Position numbers and translations under genes: made by a program. The notes under the pieces are model-generated. The model did not search any database. It had not been told where the DNA came from and was given only the letters and a program-made list of their open reading frames with translations. This document shows positions 12,701 through 26,105 of a stretch of DNA of 64,000 bases, piece by piece; within the stretch, counting starts at the first letter, position 1; each line of letters starts with the position of its first letter. Source of the stretch: Eukaryota sp. TZLM1-RC (taxonomy: Eukaryota > Protista > Metamonada: BaSk clade). The stretch is taken from contig JAUPSS010000008.1 of assembly GCA_040285825.1 (NCBI GenBank), positions 434,001 through 498,000 on the forward strand, in the 5' to 3' direction.

Positions 12701-15700
12701 CTCGCCGACCTCCCACGGTCGTTCCCTCCCCACCTGACATCCCCAGACCACGAGGTTCTGGCCCAGGTAAACGCCCAAAACAAAGTAAGAGAGGAGGAAG
12801 CCTACCACAATCGTCTTCCCACGCCGCTGATGTCCAATGCAACTTCTGTAAGAAAAAGGGCCATCCGACCGAAAGGTGCCCCAGCGAAGACTGCCAAAGG
12901 AGAAAGAAGTGGAGAGAGCAACAAGCTCAACAACAAGCTCGAGGTAGAAGTTCTAGAGGTTCTGGTTTCCGTAGTCGAAGAGGTACTCGCGGCAGAGGCA
13001 GAGGCTCTTCTTACAATAAACGTTCCCGTCACTATTTATGTACTTTAGAAACCATACCCCCTACAACAACAACTCAACCACACACAGAAAGTTCAGCATG
13101 GAAAGATTCTCTTATCAATCCACTTGCCAACTTGGAACCTACCAAGACACTCAACAGTCAGGCTCACTTCTTCTCTGAACAAGCCGACTTAAATGGACAT
13201 GATTCTGATACAATTTTTATGGTACAATCCATGAATCACAACTGCCTACAATTAAACTTCCTGATCAACAATGTCGAAGTTAAAGGCATAATTGACTCTG
13301 GTGCAACATGCTCAGTAGTCACGGAAGACGTCATCAGTAATTGTAACATGGCACGTTCCAACGAAACCATTTCATACAAGATTGCTGATGGAACTACCTC
13401 ACAGTCCCTTGGTACTGCTTCTGGAACCCTTAGCATTAGACTAGGTAGTGTTACCCAGATTGTACACGTGAAACACAAGTTCAGCATCGTTCCTGGACAT
13501 GAGACCATTCTCATTGGTGCTGACTTGTTGAGTCACCTTGGGCTGATGAACAACAAGGGCATTTATATTAGAATGGACGACGCCTGTCGCACATTACTAT
13601 TACCTGAAGCTGAATTCGATCATCGAATATCACAAGCTTCGGAAGTCGTCAACGTTTCCACACGTTGGTTGGAACACATCAACTCATCTGGTTGTACCAT
13701 CAACCTCGACAACGACCATTTCAAGAAGTCCCTACTTCAAACTTTGAAGGAGTTCGAAGACGTTTTTACCCTCAAGCCTCATGCTGAAGGTATCGATTGC
13801 CCTCCGATGGAAATCAACTTCTACAACGAAGACGTCAGAGTTAGAAGACCCCCCATGACCCTGAATCCAGCCAGGCTAGAGGTCGCTAACCAAATTTTCG
13901 ACGAACTCGTAGACTCAGGATTTGCTGTCCCATCGAACCATGAGTTCAGCTCCCCTGTCTGTCTAGTGGTCTACCCAGATCACCGTAAGCCCCGCCTTAC
14001 CGGTGACTATAGTGGCAAGGACGGAGTCAACGCCAACACCATTCCTGTTGAGCCCAACCTTCCAAGGATCTCCGATGTGCTGGTATTTCTCTCCCAAGCG
14101 AACTACATAGGCACCCTTGACCTCCCCAAATCCTTTTGGCAACTCAAGATTGCCGAAAAGGATTGGCAGAAAACAGCCCTGAGCATTCCTGGCAAAAGCA
14201 TCATGTTCAAACGTGCAGCTTTTGGCCTAAAGAATGTCCCAGCCGTTTTCCAAAACGGCATGGCTGACATCTTCTCTGGAGACGGTGTCTTCATTTACAT
14301 AGATGACATCATAATCATAGGTTCAACCTTTGACGAATTCATTGAACGCCTCCGTCGCGTCCTTGATCAAGCCAGATGCAAAAGAGTTTCCTTGGGACTT
14401 CCAAAGTGCCATTTCGTGTCTTCCAGACACCCAATCAAGATACTGGGCAGTGTTTTCCAAAACAAACAGCGGACTATCGATCCCACTCGCGTCGAATCTT
14501 TGCTGAATCTACCTAGACCAAAGACAATCAAAGACGTCCGCAGCCTCGTAGGATCAGTCAACTTCATTAGAGAATGGCTTCCTCAGGTATCTGAGCTCAT
14601 CGCTCCTATCATCAGATTGACTAAGAAGGATGGAGACAACTCCAAAGTTAAACCCAAACCCCGCGCGCAACGCCTTCAATGGACCGACATGCACGACGGA
14701 CTCCTTCAAAAGATAAAACAACTGATAGCGAAGCACATGCCGCTCAGCTTACCTCCGCTGGAAAACCAAATTTTAATTAGTTGCGACGCATCCGACATTG
14801 CTGTAGGCGGCGTCATATGGGAACAAATCGAACAAGTCGACGACCCCGGTACCCCCTTGATCAACAGGAAATGTAGGCCTATCAGCTTCTTCAGCCGGTT
14901 GTTAACCAACTCGCAAAAGAACTGGCCGACAAACCAAAAGGAACTCTATGCTATCCTACTCATGTTAACTCAAAGTGGTTTTGAAAACTACTTGAAAGGA
15001 AGGAAACTGGTTATATTCACAGACCATCAAAACCTTACCTACATGTTCACGGCTCCTGAGAAGAACAGAATTGTAACAAGATGGTTACCCATATTCTCTG
15101 AATTCTGCTTTGATTTGGTACATACCAAAGGGGAAGATAACTTCTGGGCTGATATGTTGTCTCGAATAGTTCCGCCTATAGACCATCAAGAGATCAATCA
15201 TTTGTCCCATCAAATGCCTCCAAATTTTCATCCAATATTTTACATTGATAAAATTGATGGAACAGAAAATGAAAGATACTACATCGAAGACTTAAACAAC
15301 TTCGAACGTATCATGGTCATCAGAGAACGATGTTCCAACGACCTGCCTATTTTCGAGCCATGGCTCTGTAGGATTAGGTCCGAACAGAAGCTTGCCATAA
15401 CTTCCAAAGACCCCTCTTTCAACAACTGTGTTCATAACAATCATCTTGATTTATATATGACTCACGACAACAAGATAGTGATTCCCAAATCACTCATTAA
15501 GGACACCCTTAACTTGTTGCATGGACTTCTGCAAGGAGGTCATCCAAGCAAAGCTGAAAGCCTGAACAAGCTCAGGAACAGCGATTATTGGTGGCCAAAC
15601 ATGCTCACCGACATGAATAAGCACGTCCAAGAATGCCCCTCCTGTCAGAAAACAAGGACAGTTCCCAAACTGCATGTTCCCCCAACCGGTTCATTGTGGG

Positions 15701-16743
15701 CTGACAGACCTTTTGCTCGCGTCAACGCCGACGTCATTGGTCCTCTTCCAGAAGATCAAGAAGGCTACAAATACATCCTCGTATTTATTGACAGCTTCTC
15801 TAGGTTCACGATCATCGTGCCTTTAAAAGAGATAAATGCCAATCTTACTGCAGATGCATTAATTTGGAAAGTCTGTGCCATCTTTGGTATTCCATTTCAA
15901 ATCCACAGCGATAATGGACCCGAATTTTCCAAGGCTGTCTTTGACGAATTAAGCAAATTTTTGGGCATAGAGGTGTCAAAGTCAATACCTAGGTTTTCTC
16001 CGCCCAACGGCTTGGTAGAGCGCCGACACAGAGACATCCTGCAAAACCTACGAAAATTGCTCGTAGACTTCAATGCCTACGATGTGTGGTCTGAATACTT
16101 GCCTTATGTGCAATTATTGATCAACTCTTCCAAGAGCTCAATAACCAACCACACTCCATACCAAGTGATCTTTGGCTCAGATGTGTCTCCCAGATCAGAC
16201 CCTGGCAAAATCCTTGAAATCATTGAAAGCTCGACGTCTGAGTCATCTTTTATTCAAGAAATTCAATCTAAATTTCGAAGATTGAAAGAGAAACAGGAAA
16301 AGGCAGCACACCATCAAGCTTCCAAAGCTTCCAAGCTAACAAGATCGTCAACTCCAAACCCTTTTGAAGTTGGTCAATTGGTATTGAGAGCATCTGGCTC
16401 TTCCGCTAAGCTTCATGGAGACTATTTAGGACCCTTCCTAATTACTGAAATCGTATCCAATTCGTCTGTGAATATTAAGAATCTCTGCACAGGTACGATT
16501 GTCCAAGCTAGCGTCAAACACTTAGCTCCCTGGCACTCCAGCTTGCCCACCAACGATGAGTTCCACTCTTGGGTCGCTGCAGGTGATGTCGAAGAACACA
16601 TCATTGAAAAAGTGCTCAGTCAGGATGGTGACTTTTGCCAAGTGCAATGGCCTGGAAAAGAGATCACCACTGAGCATGTGTCTACAGTCCAAAATACTGC
16701 CGAAATACTTTATCAAGACTTCAAAAGCACGTCGCCGTACTAA
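9726..16743 (+). CDS. Gag-Pol polyprotein (Pro/Ser-rich N-terminus, Gag CCHC, protease, RT, RNase H, integrase, chromodomain-like tail); one frameshift near 10240
   Basis: CNFCKKKGHPTERC, IIDSGAT, YIDD, ISCDASD...TDH, HH-CC, D..SDNG..E integrase, IIEKVL...VQW tail; the frame of ORF 10684 is stop-free back to at least 10261 and overlaps ORF 9726..10277. Confidence 0.93.
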
Positions 16744-16837
16744 ATCCGCTCCTCCCAAGAAGCGTCATATTTCCATTAGTTCACCTCCTGTGACTAGAGC
16801 TTCCAGGGCTCGTCGCTCGAAAGAGAGGAAAAGGCAG

Positions 16838-16991
16838 TGTTAGTCTTGAATAGTATTTATAGTTAATAGTTTAGTTATTAGTATTCCGCCTGTTAGCTTA
16901 AGAAGAGAGAATACAATTCCTCTTCGTAATAAATTACACTTCTGTTATACTACACTGTATGAATTCTAACTCCCAACAGCCAAGACCATCA
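16838..16991 (+). repeat. 3' LTR
   Basis: Direct repeat of 9605..9758, preceded by GAAAGAGAGGAAAAGGCAG. Confidence 0.96.
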
Positions 16992-19349
16992 TTAGGAAAT
17001 AATGATGAAATTACCAAAAAATTGTTTGAAAGGTTGAACTCAATTTCTGACAAAATTGACCGAATGATGAATTTAGAAATACAAAAACACATCAAATTTA
17101 CCATTATAAGACTGTGTTTTAGTTCCAATTTTAATCATATATTTCGATCTACAAATCCTCTCGTCACTAGACCTTTGGCTCAGAAGTTTAAAGAATTACG
17201 TGCAAAAGTTTTGTCACATTACTGGGATGTAAAATGTTTCAAATTCCAGACCATGCTTATCTTAGTTTACATTATGACGGTTTTGGGTGGACCAAGGCTT
17301 CTATTCTTACCTCCTGTGCTTTTGTTGGTGGATGCAGAAACGCAATCTTTGAGTTTTCCGAAAGATTTGCAGATTGGAAAGATTTATTGATGGCAACGCA
17401 AAGTTCCACTGTTTTTACATTAAATGAAGAAATTTCAAAAATTAATGCAGAAAAATGGGGTCCCCAATCATTCAATGGCAATATTCCAGAAAAGAATGTT
17501 TTAAATTTGAAGTACACTCTTCGAACATTACAGAAACGATTGACCGGAATATATGAAAATGATCTTTACAATAATATATGCAGCTCAGCTGTTTTAAATC
17601 AAGATCTTCACTCATTGTTATTGGAAAAGGGTGGTTGTGAAAAAAAAGTCGTCAGATTCTTCACTTTTTGTAACCATTGTACCACGAAGATTTGGATTGT
17701 GTGCTACTAATGAAGCATTTGTAACAAAAATGAGATTATATTTGAACATCCCCATTAACCAATTATTATCAAAAGAAAAATGTATTTGTTCGAATTCACC
17801 TCAACTCACTTTGCGCCATGCTCTGAATTGCTCTAAATTGATAACTTATCGTTCTTCATTACATGATGCTGTTAGAGACAATGTTTTCAATATGGCACAA
17901 ACTGCAAGAATATCGTGTATCAAAGAGCCTCTGCTGAAGGAAACAATGTCTCTGAATAATTTTGGTTCTGATGATAGAGGTGATGTATACTGTGATTGGA
18001 TTGATAATTCTGAAGCTATTGTTGACTTTGTCTCATGTAATGTTGCAAATGATACTTTGGTTCACAGAAGAAAACTTAATCCTGTGGCTGCTCTGGATTT
18101 TAAAGCAAAAGAAAAACATAGAAAATATGATAAAGATTTTGAAGAGGCTAATGCCGATAGAAATACACAGCTGGTTTTTATTACTTTCCCCTTTTCGATA
18201 AACGGAAGACCATCAGTAGAAGCAGAAACTTTTTGGAATGACTTCCAAAAAATGGTTCAAGAAAAAACAATGAAAAGATTTGATATTGTTTTAAGGCGCT
18301 CTCGAATTCAATTTGCCATAATTAATAGATTACCTCGGTTTTTTAATCGAATTAGAGAAGCTTTAGCTGGAGAGCAAGCAGATCAAGATTATGTAGAGGA
18401 AATCTTGGTTCAATGATTCTCGTCCCATAAGTTATGATTTAATTTAATTAAGTGCGCAAATTCAATGGATAAAATATTACAAATGAGTAATTGTAATTTT
18501 TCAAGAACATTTACAAATTAAATTATCAGGCATATTATCAAGCCAGATAAACGAACTAAGTTTCATATTCAAAATTTAGGCAGAATCAGTTAGGAGAGTG
18601 CCATAAATTTTAGGAATGGTTGATATCAAAGCAGAAGATGTACTATCACATATATCTTGTAAATGATTTTCAAAAGCGAAATTATCCAGGTGTCGAAGTT
18701 AAAAGTTATTGAGATGATACTTGTATTCTTTGTCAAAAAGAAATCAATATTGAGTTGTTATCAAATGAATTGGAATCAATTTTCAAGCAAATTGGTTGGA
18801 AATTAAATTTGACAAAAACTGAAGTGTTCTCAGTTGAAGATGATTTCATGTGTTTGGTATCTTCAATTGACTCAACTGAGTTTGAATCCTCTTTTATAAT
18901 TCAAGGGTTTTACTATCAGCTTTATATCCTTCGCTTGCTGGTTTTGACTCGATCTGGGACAAACGAATTAAAATTTGCCAACGTCAAATCACTCATTTAT
19001 TTTATAGGGAAAAATTGAGTCTTTTGAAGGAAACATTATCAGAATGTGAACGACTACAATTTTTTCCAAATTGTGACAGCCAATCATCTTGTTCTTTGAA
19101 AGTTTTGCCTATTTCTCAAAATTTCACGTTCTCAGATGATTGCTTCAAGGAGAACAATTTGTGATATGTCTTTTGTGTGGTTATGGGGACCTAGGCTTAG
19201 ATCACTTGTTTCACTGTAGAAGGGTCTAAAGAATGGTTATACAAAGACATGACGAAGTAAATAATTTCATTAACGAATTAAATAATTTTGAATCTGAGAA
19301 GGATTTTTCTTTTGTTTAGCACTTCAATCAGTTTTAGTAAAATTTAAAA

Positions 19350-20860
19350 CTGATTTCATTCATTTATGTGCTTATGCAGATGATTCATCACTTATTGGTC
19401 CTTTGTCTCTTTTACAGCAAGGATTACATCATTTTGTTATTCTGTCCCAACAAATTGAGTTGGATATTAAATTGCCCAAATGTTTCATTATTGGTAATGA
19501 GAATGTTGAGGTAACATTTAATGAGATTTTCATCAAATTTGTTGATTATGAAACAGATGCAATTCGTTTACTTGGCTCCTAGTGAAAAAATAAAATCGAT
19601 TGTGACAGGCATTTTGGACAAGATTGAAGAGCAACTTTTAGCTATTCACGAATTAAAAATTGACAAGCATTGAGCGTTTTCGGTCCTGAATGTGTGTTTT
19701 GGATCAAAAATTAATCGCCTTTTTCGTTCTTTATCCCCCACAATTTTACATGATTTTGCACGTCAATTTAATGCTTTGATATTCAATTTTTAAGGTAATT
19801 TGGTGGAAAAATGTCCAGCAAAAATTCCTTATCATGCATTATTTAGTCCTAAATTTGTTGGAGTTGGTTTTTCAAAAGCAGAGTTTTTTATGCAAAAGTG
19901 CTTTCATTGGTGGTGTGAAAAATTTTCTTTTTGAGTGGAAACTCCGGTTTGATCAAATTCCTTCGAATGAATCACATCCCTTTTTGAAATTTCTCGAAAA
20001 CATGGTGCAAGAACTATCTATTGATGTATGGAATAAGTGTTTTCCTTCAAGTTTGCATTCTGTACCTCCGAGATTTTTGTCTAATCTTCATCTTGCTGTT
20101 GCGAAATTACAAAAATCTGTTTTAATTGGTTTTGAAAACCTGTATTTTTTTAAACGACTTAGTGTGACTGAGATTAATAATTCCGTCTTTGCTGCCATTT
20201 TATCAGACATCCAGAATTGCACTAGTTTAATTTCTCAGCAACCAAGGCAATTTGGTCTTCACTTAACAAATGAAGCTTGGAAACAAAACTTGCGTTTCAG
20301 ATTAGGGTTGTATCCAAGTGGACTTTTGGATAATTCTGTTTGTATTTGTAACGAAAAACCGTCTGCCAATTTTCGTCATATTGTAGGTTGTACGAAGTTT
20401 CTTCAATATCGGTCAGTTCTTAATAATGCTGTTCGTGATGTGACATATGAGATGTTTAAGTGTTACAATTTTAGTTGCAAAGTAGAACCGTTGTTGAAGC
20501 ATTATAGCGATAATAATTTGTTTAATTCACGTCGAGGTGATTTAATTGCTCCTTTTGTGGATTCCTCTCAAGTTGTTGATTTTACTACAGTTGATCCCTT
20601 TGCTTCAATTTATCGTGATGATGTTTTAGTTAGTTCTAATGGTCACTTGAACAAGGCTGAGGTTCGTAAAAGAGACAAATATGCTGAAATATTAAATGAT
20701 TCAAATAGGAATCTTTTACTCGAAGTTTATGTTTGTTCCTTTTGCCTTCTCGAATTATGGCAACATTGGTCAGTCTGCCTTGAATTTTCTCAATGTTGTT
20801 GATAATTTATGTCGTTCAAGTGGGAAGAATTTTGCATGGAATGTATGGAAGATTCAAAAT
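19350..20860 (+). mobile_element. Degenerate CRE-like non-LTR copy, family L-B (RT C-terminal half + endonuclease)
   Basis: AYADD near 19370; CIC...HIVGC, NAVRD, RRGDL...VDFT in ORF 19834..20802; paralog of 38844..40400. Confidence 0.85.
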
Positions 20861-21899
20861 ATATTTATTTTCTACGAAGAAGCAAAACAAAACAAAACAA
20901 ATTAACACACATAAGAAACAAAATTCTCCACGCCAACTCTTGATGAATCCTTATACAGCTTGGACATCAATAAATTTAAGTACAAAGCAAAAATGATACG
21001 ATTCTGAGAAGGAATTTAAATTTGGTTTAAATAAATAATTACGTGTTTATGGCTTTCAAACGTCAACTAAAATTGCTGTTGATGTTACCATAGTTGGAGG
21101 TTATGGTAATAATTGGAGTGATGCGGTTTTGAAAGGTTATTCGGAAAAAATTGCAAAATATTGAATTTTAAAAGAATTAATTTTAATTAACCAAATTGTT
21201 CCTCTCGTTTTTAGTGTTCATGGGGGTTTTTACACTAAAACAAAAATACTTTTTGATTAATTTGGATGGAATGAAGTAGCAGATGAAATTAGTTGTATCA
21301 TTTTGAAGAATAGCTTTAAATGCCACAGTGCTTTTAATTATATTCTTGAAAAGAAAAGAGAAGATCGTCAATGTTGGTAGGTAGTTGTTTTTTAGTGTTC
21401 AAGAGTTTCTTCTTAATTTTCAATAGAAGTAAATCATATCAAAAAAGATGCTCTTACACTTACAGTAATGGTTTATTGGGTTTCTGACATGCAATTGTTT
21501 ATATGTGGGTTTTTATTTAAAATTGAATAATTTCAATTAAATGATGATTAAAATTTGAGTTAATTTAATTAATTCAAATAAATACAAAATCAATTGAAAA
21601 TGTAATCATGCGCCCTTTGACCAAGTATACCACATTAAGTATGCCAACATTATTCACACACAATTTGATACCAAATCAAATCATTAGTGAATCATACACA
21701 TATAAGGCTTGATGCAACTGAATCAATTACTAAAATGACCAATGATTCGAACTACCTCCAAAAGCTACCAAAAAGAATCAGTAATGTTTATAAGGACTGT
21801 TTACGTTGTTCTGTTAGCTATTTGTATTAGTTGTGGTTTATTTAAGAGGAAGGTTTGATTGTATTATTAATTTCCGTGTCAGCTAACCATCATACGAAT

Positions 21900-22900
21900 A
21901 TTATATCGAGACAAACATTATAGTATCACAGAGCAAACATGTACAGCCAAAGACTGTATCGCATTGATCATCTGTATCTTTTATCAGTTTGTCCGCAGTG
22001 TGCTGATCAACTCCAAAATTAGTACATTTGTTCAAAAACTATAGTTGAAGAAGTAGCCTACTGATCGGAACAACTTCATCTATATCAATTTAGTTTGAAA
22101 AATCTTGGCCAGAAAGAATGAGCAAACAAGAGAGAATCCTGCAGTAGAAGACTCAGAGTCCCTGGCAAAGGTTCGAAATAAATCCAGTATTCGATCACCA
22201 TTCAGCAATAGATTTTGAGACAGTAGGGGAGGGAGTCAGAAAAAGGACGGAAGCAAGTGACGAGGGTAGAGAGACGTTGATAAAGAGAAAGAAAAAAAGG
22301 GTGGGGCAGGGTTGAGGTTGTTAGTTTGTATAAAAGGGAGACAATTAGTTGCCGATCATGATTCCATGATGGGGTGATGAATGATGGTTTAATTGAGCAA
22401 AGGAGGATTACTATTGCCGAAGCATGGGATAAGTCACAATCAGTGTTGAGTAGTGAAAACCAGTGTTTGGAAAAGTTTTGGAACTGAGGACGAAAACATG
22501 CAGGCAGTAGACTCTTCTGTAGCTTTAATACAAGGTGTGGAACATCAGGAATAGAAGACAGGGAAGACAGCCAGACTGATTCATATGAAGTCCAGGCAGC
22601 CACAAAAGAACTTGAGGGAAGGGACCTATGACAATGTAGTAACAGCTCTGTGTTGATCATTCTACGAAATAAGTGCCCCTGCATAGTAGAGACTTTTATA
22701 TTTGATTTGATTCCAGAATCAATCTTGTATTCATGGTTATATTCCATATAGGAAGGAAGAAGAAAAAACTTTACTTAAAATAAAAGTGATTCTCAATTTC
22801 CGACATAAAGAGTGGTAGTAGCTGCAATCAAGGATTCGTAGGAGAAGGTTTGTAGTAGAGTAAATGATGAAATGTTGTAAGTGATGAAATGAAATTCAAT
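21900..22900 (-). pseudogene. Probable disrupted host gene of unknown function
   Basis: Coding-like composition and ORF 22202..22747, with neighbouring frames broken by stops; no motif recognised. Confidence 0.3.
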
Positions 22901-23126
22901 TACGAATCTGGGGAATGATGACAACCCAACCAAACTTCACTCACCAACTTTTGTAACATGTAGTTCTTGTCTGAAGAAAGGAAAATATTCAGAAGGTAAT
23001 CTTGAACGATATGTCTCATTAATAAACACTTGTAACTAACTTTACTGTGAATTGACAACTATAAGATTGATTGTCTTCAACAGATTTTCAATCATTTCTG
23101 ACTGTTTCCGTTCTGTGTTGACTGCC

Positions 23127-24990
23127 ATGGATAACGTTCTACAAACTACAACTGTGGGAGCGTCTGTCAACCAGTTCTTCGACTCTGAGGCACAAGAAGC
23201 AATGGAACGCCAGTTCCAAGTTCTTGCTAGTATTGGAGCTCATGCTACTCACCTAGCACGACTCTTTGTGCTCCAATGTCCAGAACACTCTATGTGGCTT
23301 ACTCAAAGCCAGTTCTGGAGCCTCTGTTTCGACTTTGTTTGCCAAAGTGAGCCTAAACAAAGGAGGCCATTTGAAAACCATCCTTTGGTTTACCAAGCGC
23401 TACAACACCTTGTTCAGCACTTTTGGCCCTGGCGACCGCTGAATGAAACCACCTCAGCCGACGGTGGTAGATTTTGGTGTCTTTCCACTCTTCTTGGCAG
23501 TCGAGCCATCCAACTGCGAGAAGCCTTTTGTCAGTTGCTTGCTGACGGCTTTGTCTGGAAACGCAATTTTTTCAAAAGCTGTGCTCAGTTTCTAAATTGC
23601 CCCTGGCCCATGAAATACGCCGACTGTGTACTTCAAGGGATTCAGCCAGATGAGTCAATTTTACAATGGTATCAAGAAATACACCAGCATATCTTGGTCC
23701 ATTGGCTCAATATGACAGCCAACGCCTATATTGGTGGCCGTGAAAATTTGTTCGAAAATTCAATAAGAAACGAACGGTTTCCCATCAATATGGAGTTTGC
23801 TGCACCAATCGTTCAATCTGGCTTGAACATTTTATCTTTTTTAGAAGATAACTGCCCTGATGTGATGAAAAGGCACTCTCTCTCCACTGTCCAGTTGGTC
23901 TCCATGCTTCTGCAGCTTGACTAAAGAAGCAGAAGCTTATTTCACAAAACTCAATGCAAACAAAGAGCTTCTGAACAACCCTTATCGGTTTTTTAATAAA
24001 TCGAAATTTATTAACTATACCATTTTTTCGAATGGTGATTCCTTACGGTTTACGTTTACCCAGAAGGAAAGAAAAACTTATAATAGGCCAAATAAAGCGG
24101 AATTTGAGCCCAGGCGAGCCTCTGGAAATTATGATTTTCATAACTCTGAAAGGAAACGAAAATCCAATGTCCATAAAAGAGCAAATCCACAGAGAAGACC
24201 ACGATTACCAGTGGAACAACAGCCCAATTACGGAGATCCTGATGAAAATTTGTTTTTTGTAGCCATTGATCCCAACCACAGCAATCTTTGTGGTTGGACT
24301 GCTGGTTCTTTCCGATATTCTGCTACTGTTTTTGAACGTTCTGGACTGCTACTGAATCCAAAAGAACTATGACTAAATCACCATCCTCCTCTCACTCAAG
24401 CAACTCCTAACACTTATTCCGCTCAGAGCTTCCAAGAGTATCTGATTGAAATAAGTTTACCTTATGTTCCTGAATCTGAGGAAGAGCTTGAATATGCTTC
24501 AATTATGTCTGGAAATTTGCAGCGTGGTGCAAGAAAAAAGTTGAGAAGAAATAAGTTTGATTTCTTCATACGAAGACAAAAGAAACTAACTAGTTTTATT
24601 AACAAAATTAAACGCTTGTCTGAAGGAAGAAACACTATAGTTTGGTTCGGCAATGGCGGTGGTGGCCCCTCTCGTCAATCTGTGAAATCCCCCCGAAAGA
24701 GATTTCTCAAACAAATCAAAAAACACTTTGAAAGCGTCAAAGTCGGGGACGAGTTTAAGACCTCAGCAAAAGTGAATTGCTGTAAGGTCTTTCATAGAAA
24801 GATCTATCATGATGACGGAAGGGTAAATAACGCTAAGTTCGATTGCCCTCAATGTCAGACCAACTGGTCTAGGGACATCTCAGCCTCCAGAAACCAGCTG
24901 GAGATTGCAATTAGTGAGTATTTCACTGGTACTAGGCCAGAACCATTCAGAAGGCCAAGGCGTGTGAGACGTCTAAGAAGACAGCAGTAG
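23127..24990 (+). pseudogene. Fanzor-like nuclease, family B (about 620 aa; one frameshift, one in-frame stop)
   Basis: FSNGDSL motif, RuvC-I VAIDPN, FGNG, RuvC-II GDEFKTSAKVNCC, CPQC...SRDISASRN, terminal RPEPF; frameshift in CT run ~23880; TGA 24370..24372 in frame with ORF 24505. Confidence 0.88.
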
Positions 24991-25059
24991 CTGTTTTAAT
25001 CAACGTATTTCCAAGGTGTTTAGTGTATACTAACCCTTGGTGCTGAGAAGTTTACACAA
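24991..25059 (+). ncRNA. Candidate omegaRNA scaffold / right end of Fanzor family B
   Basis: Hairpin CCAAGG..TTAGT-GTAT-ACTAA..CCTTGG (25011..25040), then GAAGTTTACACAA resembling the family A end GAATTTCCCACAG; single copy, so the boundary is inferred. Confidence 0.45.
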
Positions 25060-25145
25060 TTATTAGGGATATTTATTCAATATTCACTTTGTGTGAAATT
25101 CTCAAAAGTGATTTAGGTATAACCTTGTGGGTCATTACCATCCCC

Positions 25146-26012
25146 ATGCTTTCCTCCACTGAGGGTTTCACTCCAAACCCTTCATCCAACTCTTTTATTG
25201 TTTCTAATGAGTCTGCCTTAAAAAAGCTTCTATCTTCTACTTCAATCTCCTCTTTCAACCACCAATCATTCACACCCTCATACCTGAATACCAACCCTCC
25301 TAAACCATTGAGTAAAACTTCTACCCATCAAACTGCTCGCACAATAGGTCCTCCAAAACAGTCGATACGTCCTCCAACTCGTGCAGAAATGATGACTGAT
25401 CGAGCTGCTGCCAAAAGATGGGAAAAACACCAACAAACCCTACTGGAACAACAACAAAATATACTACTCCGTCAAGAGAGAATCGAAGCCGAGAAGGAGC
25501 GTCGGTTTGCAGACCTTCTTTATCAAATATCACAAGAGGAAACCTCCTTTGTTTCTGCCATTCAAGACTTTATTGAGGCTCACCACTCCATCAAACAACA
25601 AAGGAAAAAAGAGTTATGGGAACATTGGAACAGCGAAGTATTTGGTAGAATAATGGCTGAAATTGATAAAGTCGTTGAAAATCAAGCAGATGATGTTATC
25701 AATCAAAAAAGACGTCTTTTTGACCTTTTTCTTAAGATGGTTGAAAAAAAGGGCAGCATGTCCTTGGATGACATTTCTGCTGAATACGATGCTTTGGCTT
25801 ACACAAGACTAAAAGCAAGGATTCCAAAACTTGAAGATCCTTTAAAAAGCTGTTTGACTGGCGATGACAACTCAAAAAGATCTCATCCAGACCTTAAAAC
25901 TAAACAAATGATTCCAGTAGAGAGTTGGTCAACACCCCCAATTATCAATACACTCAAGCCGCCAAGCAAGGCTAATGTCAGTTCTATAGTATTTGATGAT
26001 TTCAACAATTGA
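25146..26012 (+). CDS. FAM228-like coiled-coil protein
   Basis: RKKELWEHWNSEVF, FLKMVEKKG...LDDI..EYD and DPLK resemble FAM228 motifs (from memory); intact ORF. Confidence 0.55.
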   Translation: MLSSTEGFTPNPSSNSFIVSNESALKKLLSSTSISSFNHQSFTPSYLNTNPPKPLSKTSTHQTARTIGPPKQSIRPPTRAEMMTDRAAAKRWEKHQQTLLEQQQNILLRQERIEAEKERRFADLLYQISQEETSFVSAIQDFIEAHHSIKQQRKKELWEHWNSEVFGRIMAEIDKVVENQADDVINQKRRLFDLFLKMVEKKGSMSLDDISAEYDALAYTRLKARIPKLEDPLKSCLTGDDNSKRSHPDLKTKQMIPVESWSTPPIINTLKPPSKANVSSIVFDDFNN

Positions 26013-26105
26013 GTATTTGAATTATTTAATTTTTAAATTGATTCTCATCATTTTATTATAAAAATATTGAATATTTACACTAATTCCCTTTCTTGTAAAA
26101 TAAAC

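Larger units (their letters stand above)
9605..16991 (+). mobile_element. Full-length Ty3/gypsy LTR retrotransposon (chromovirus-like), 7387 bp, 4-bp TSD TTAG
   Basis: Two 154-bp TG...CA LTRs, TTAG at 9601..9604 and 16992..16995, polypurine tract just before 16838, PR-RT-RH-IN domain order. Confidence 0.97.
9405..18470 (+). mobile_element. 5'-truncated L-A non-LTR copy interrupted by the gypsy element
   Basis: 9405..9604 (..RHLGSFL) resumes at 16992 (GNNDEITKK..) and continues to the endonuclease ORF 17631..18416; collinear with 32215..33780. Confidence 0.9.

Noticed and set aside
21640-21760. Rad51/RecA Walker B remnant (LVIDSVAS on the minus strand)
   Set aside because: Single short motif surrounded by stops
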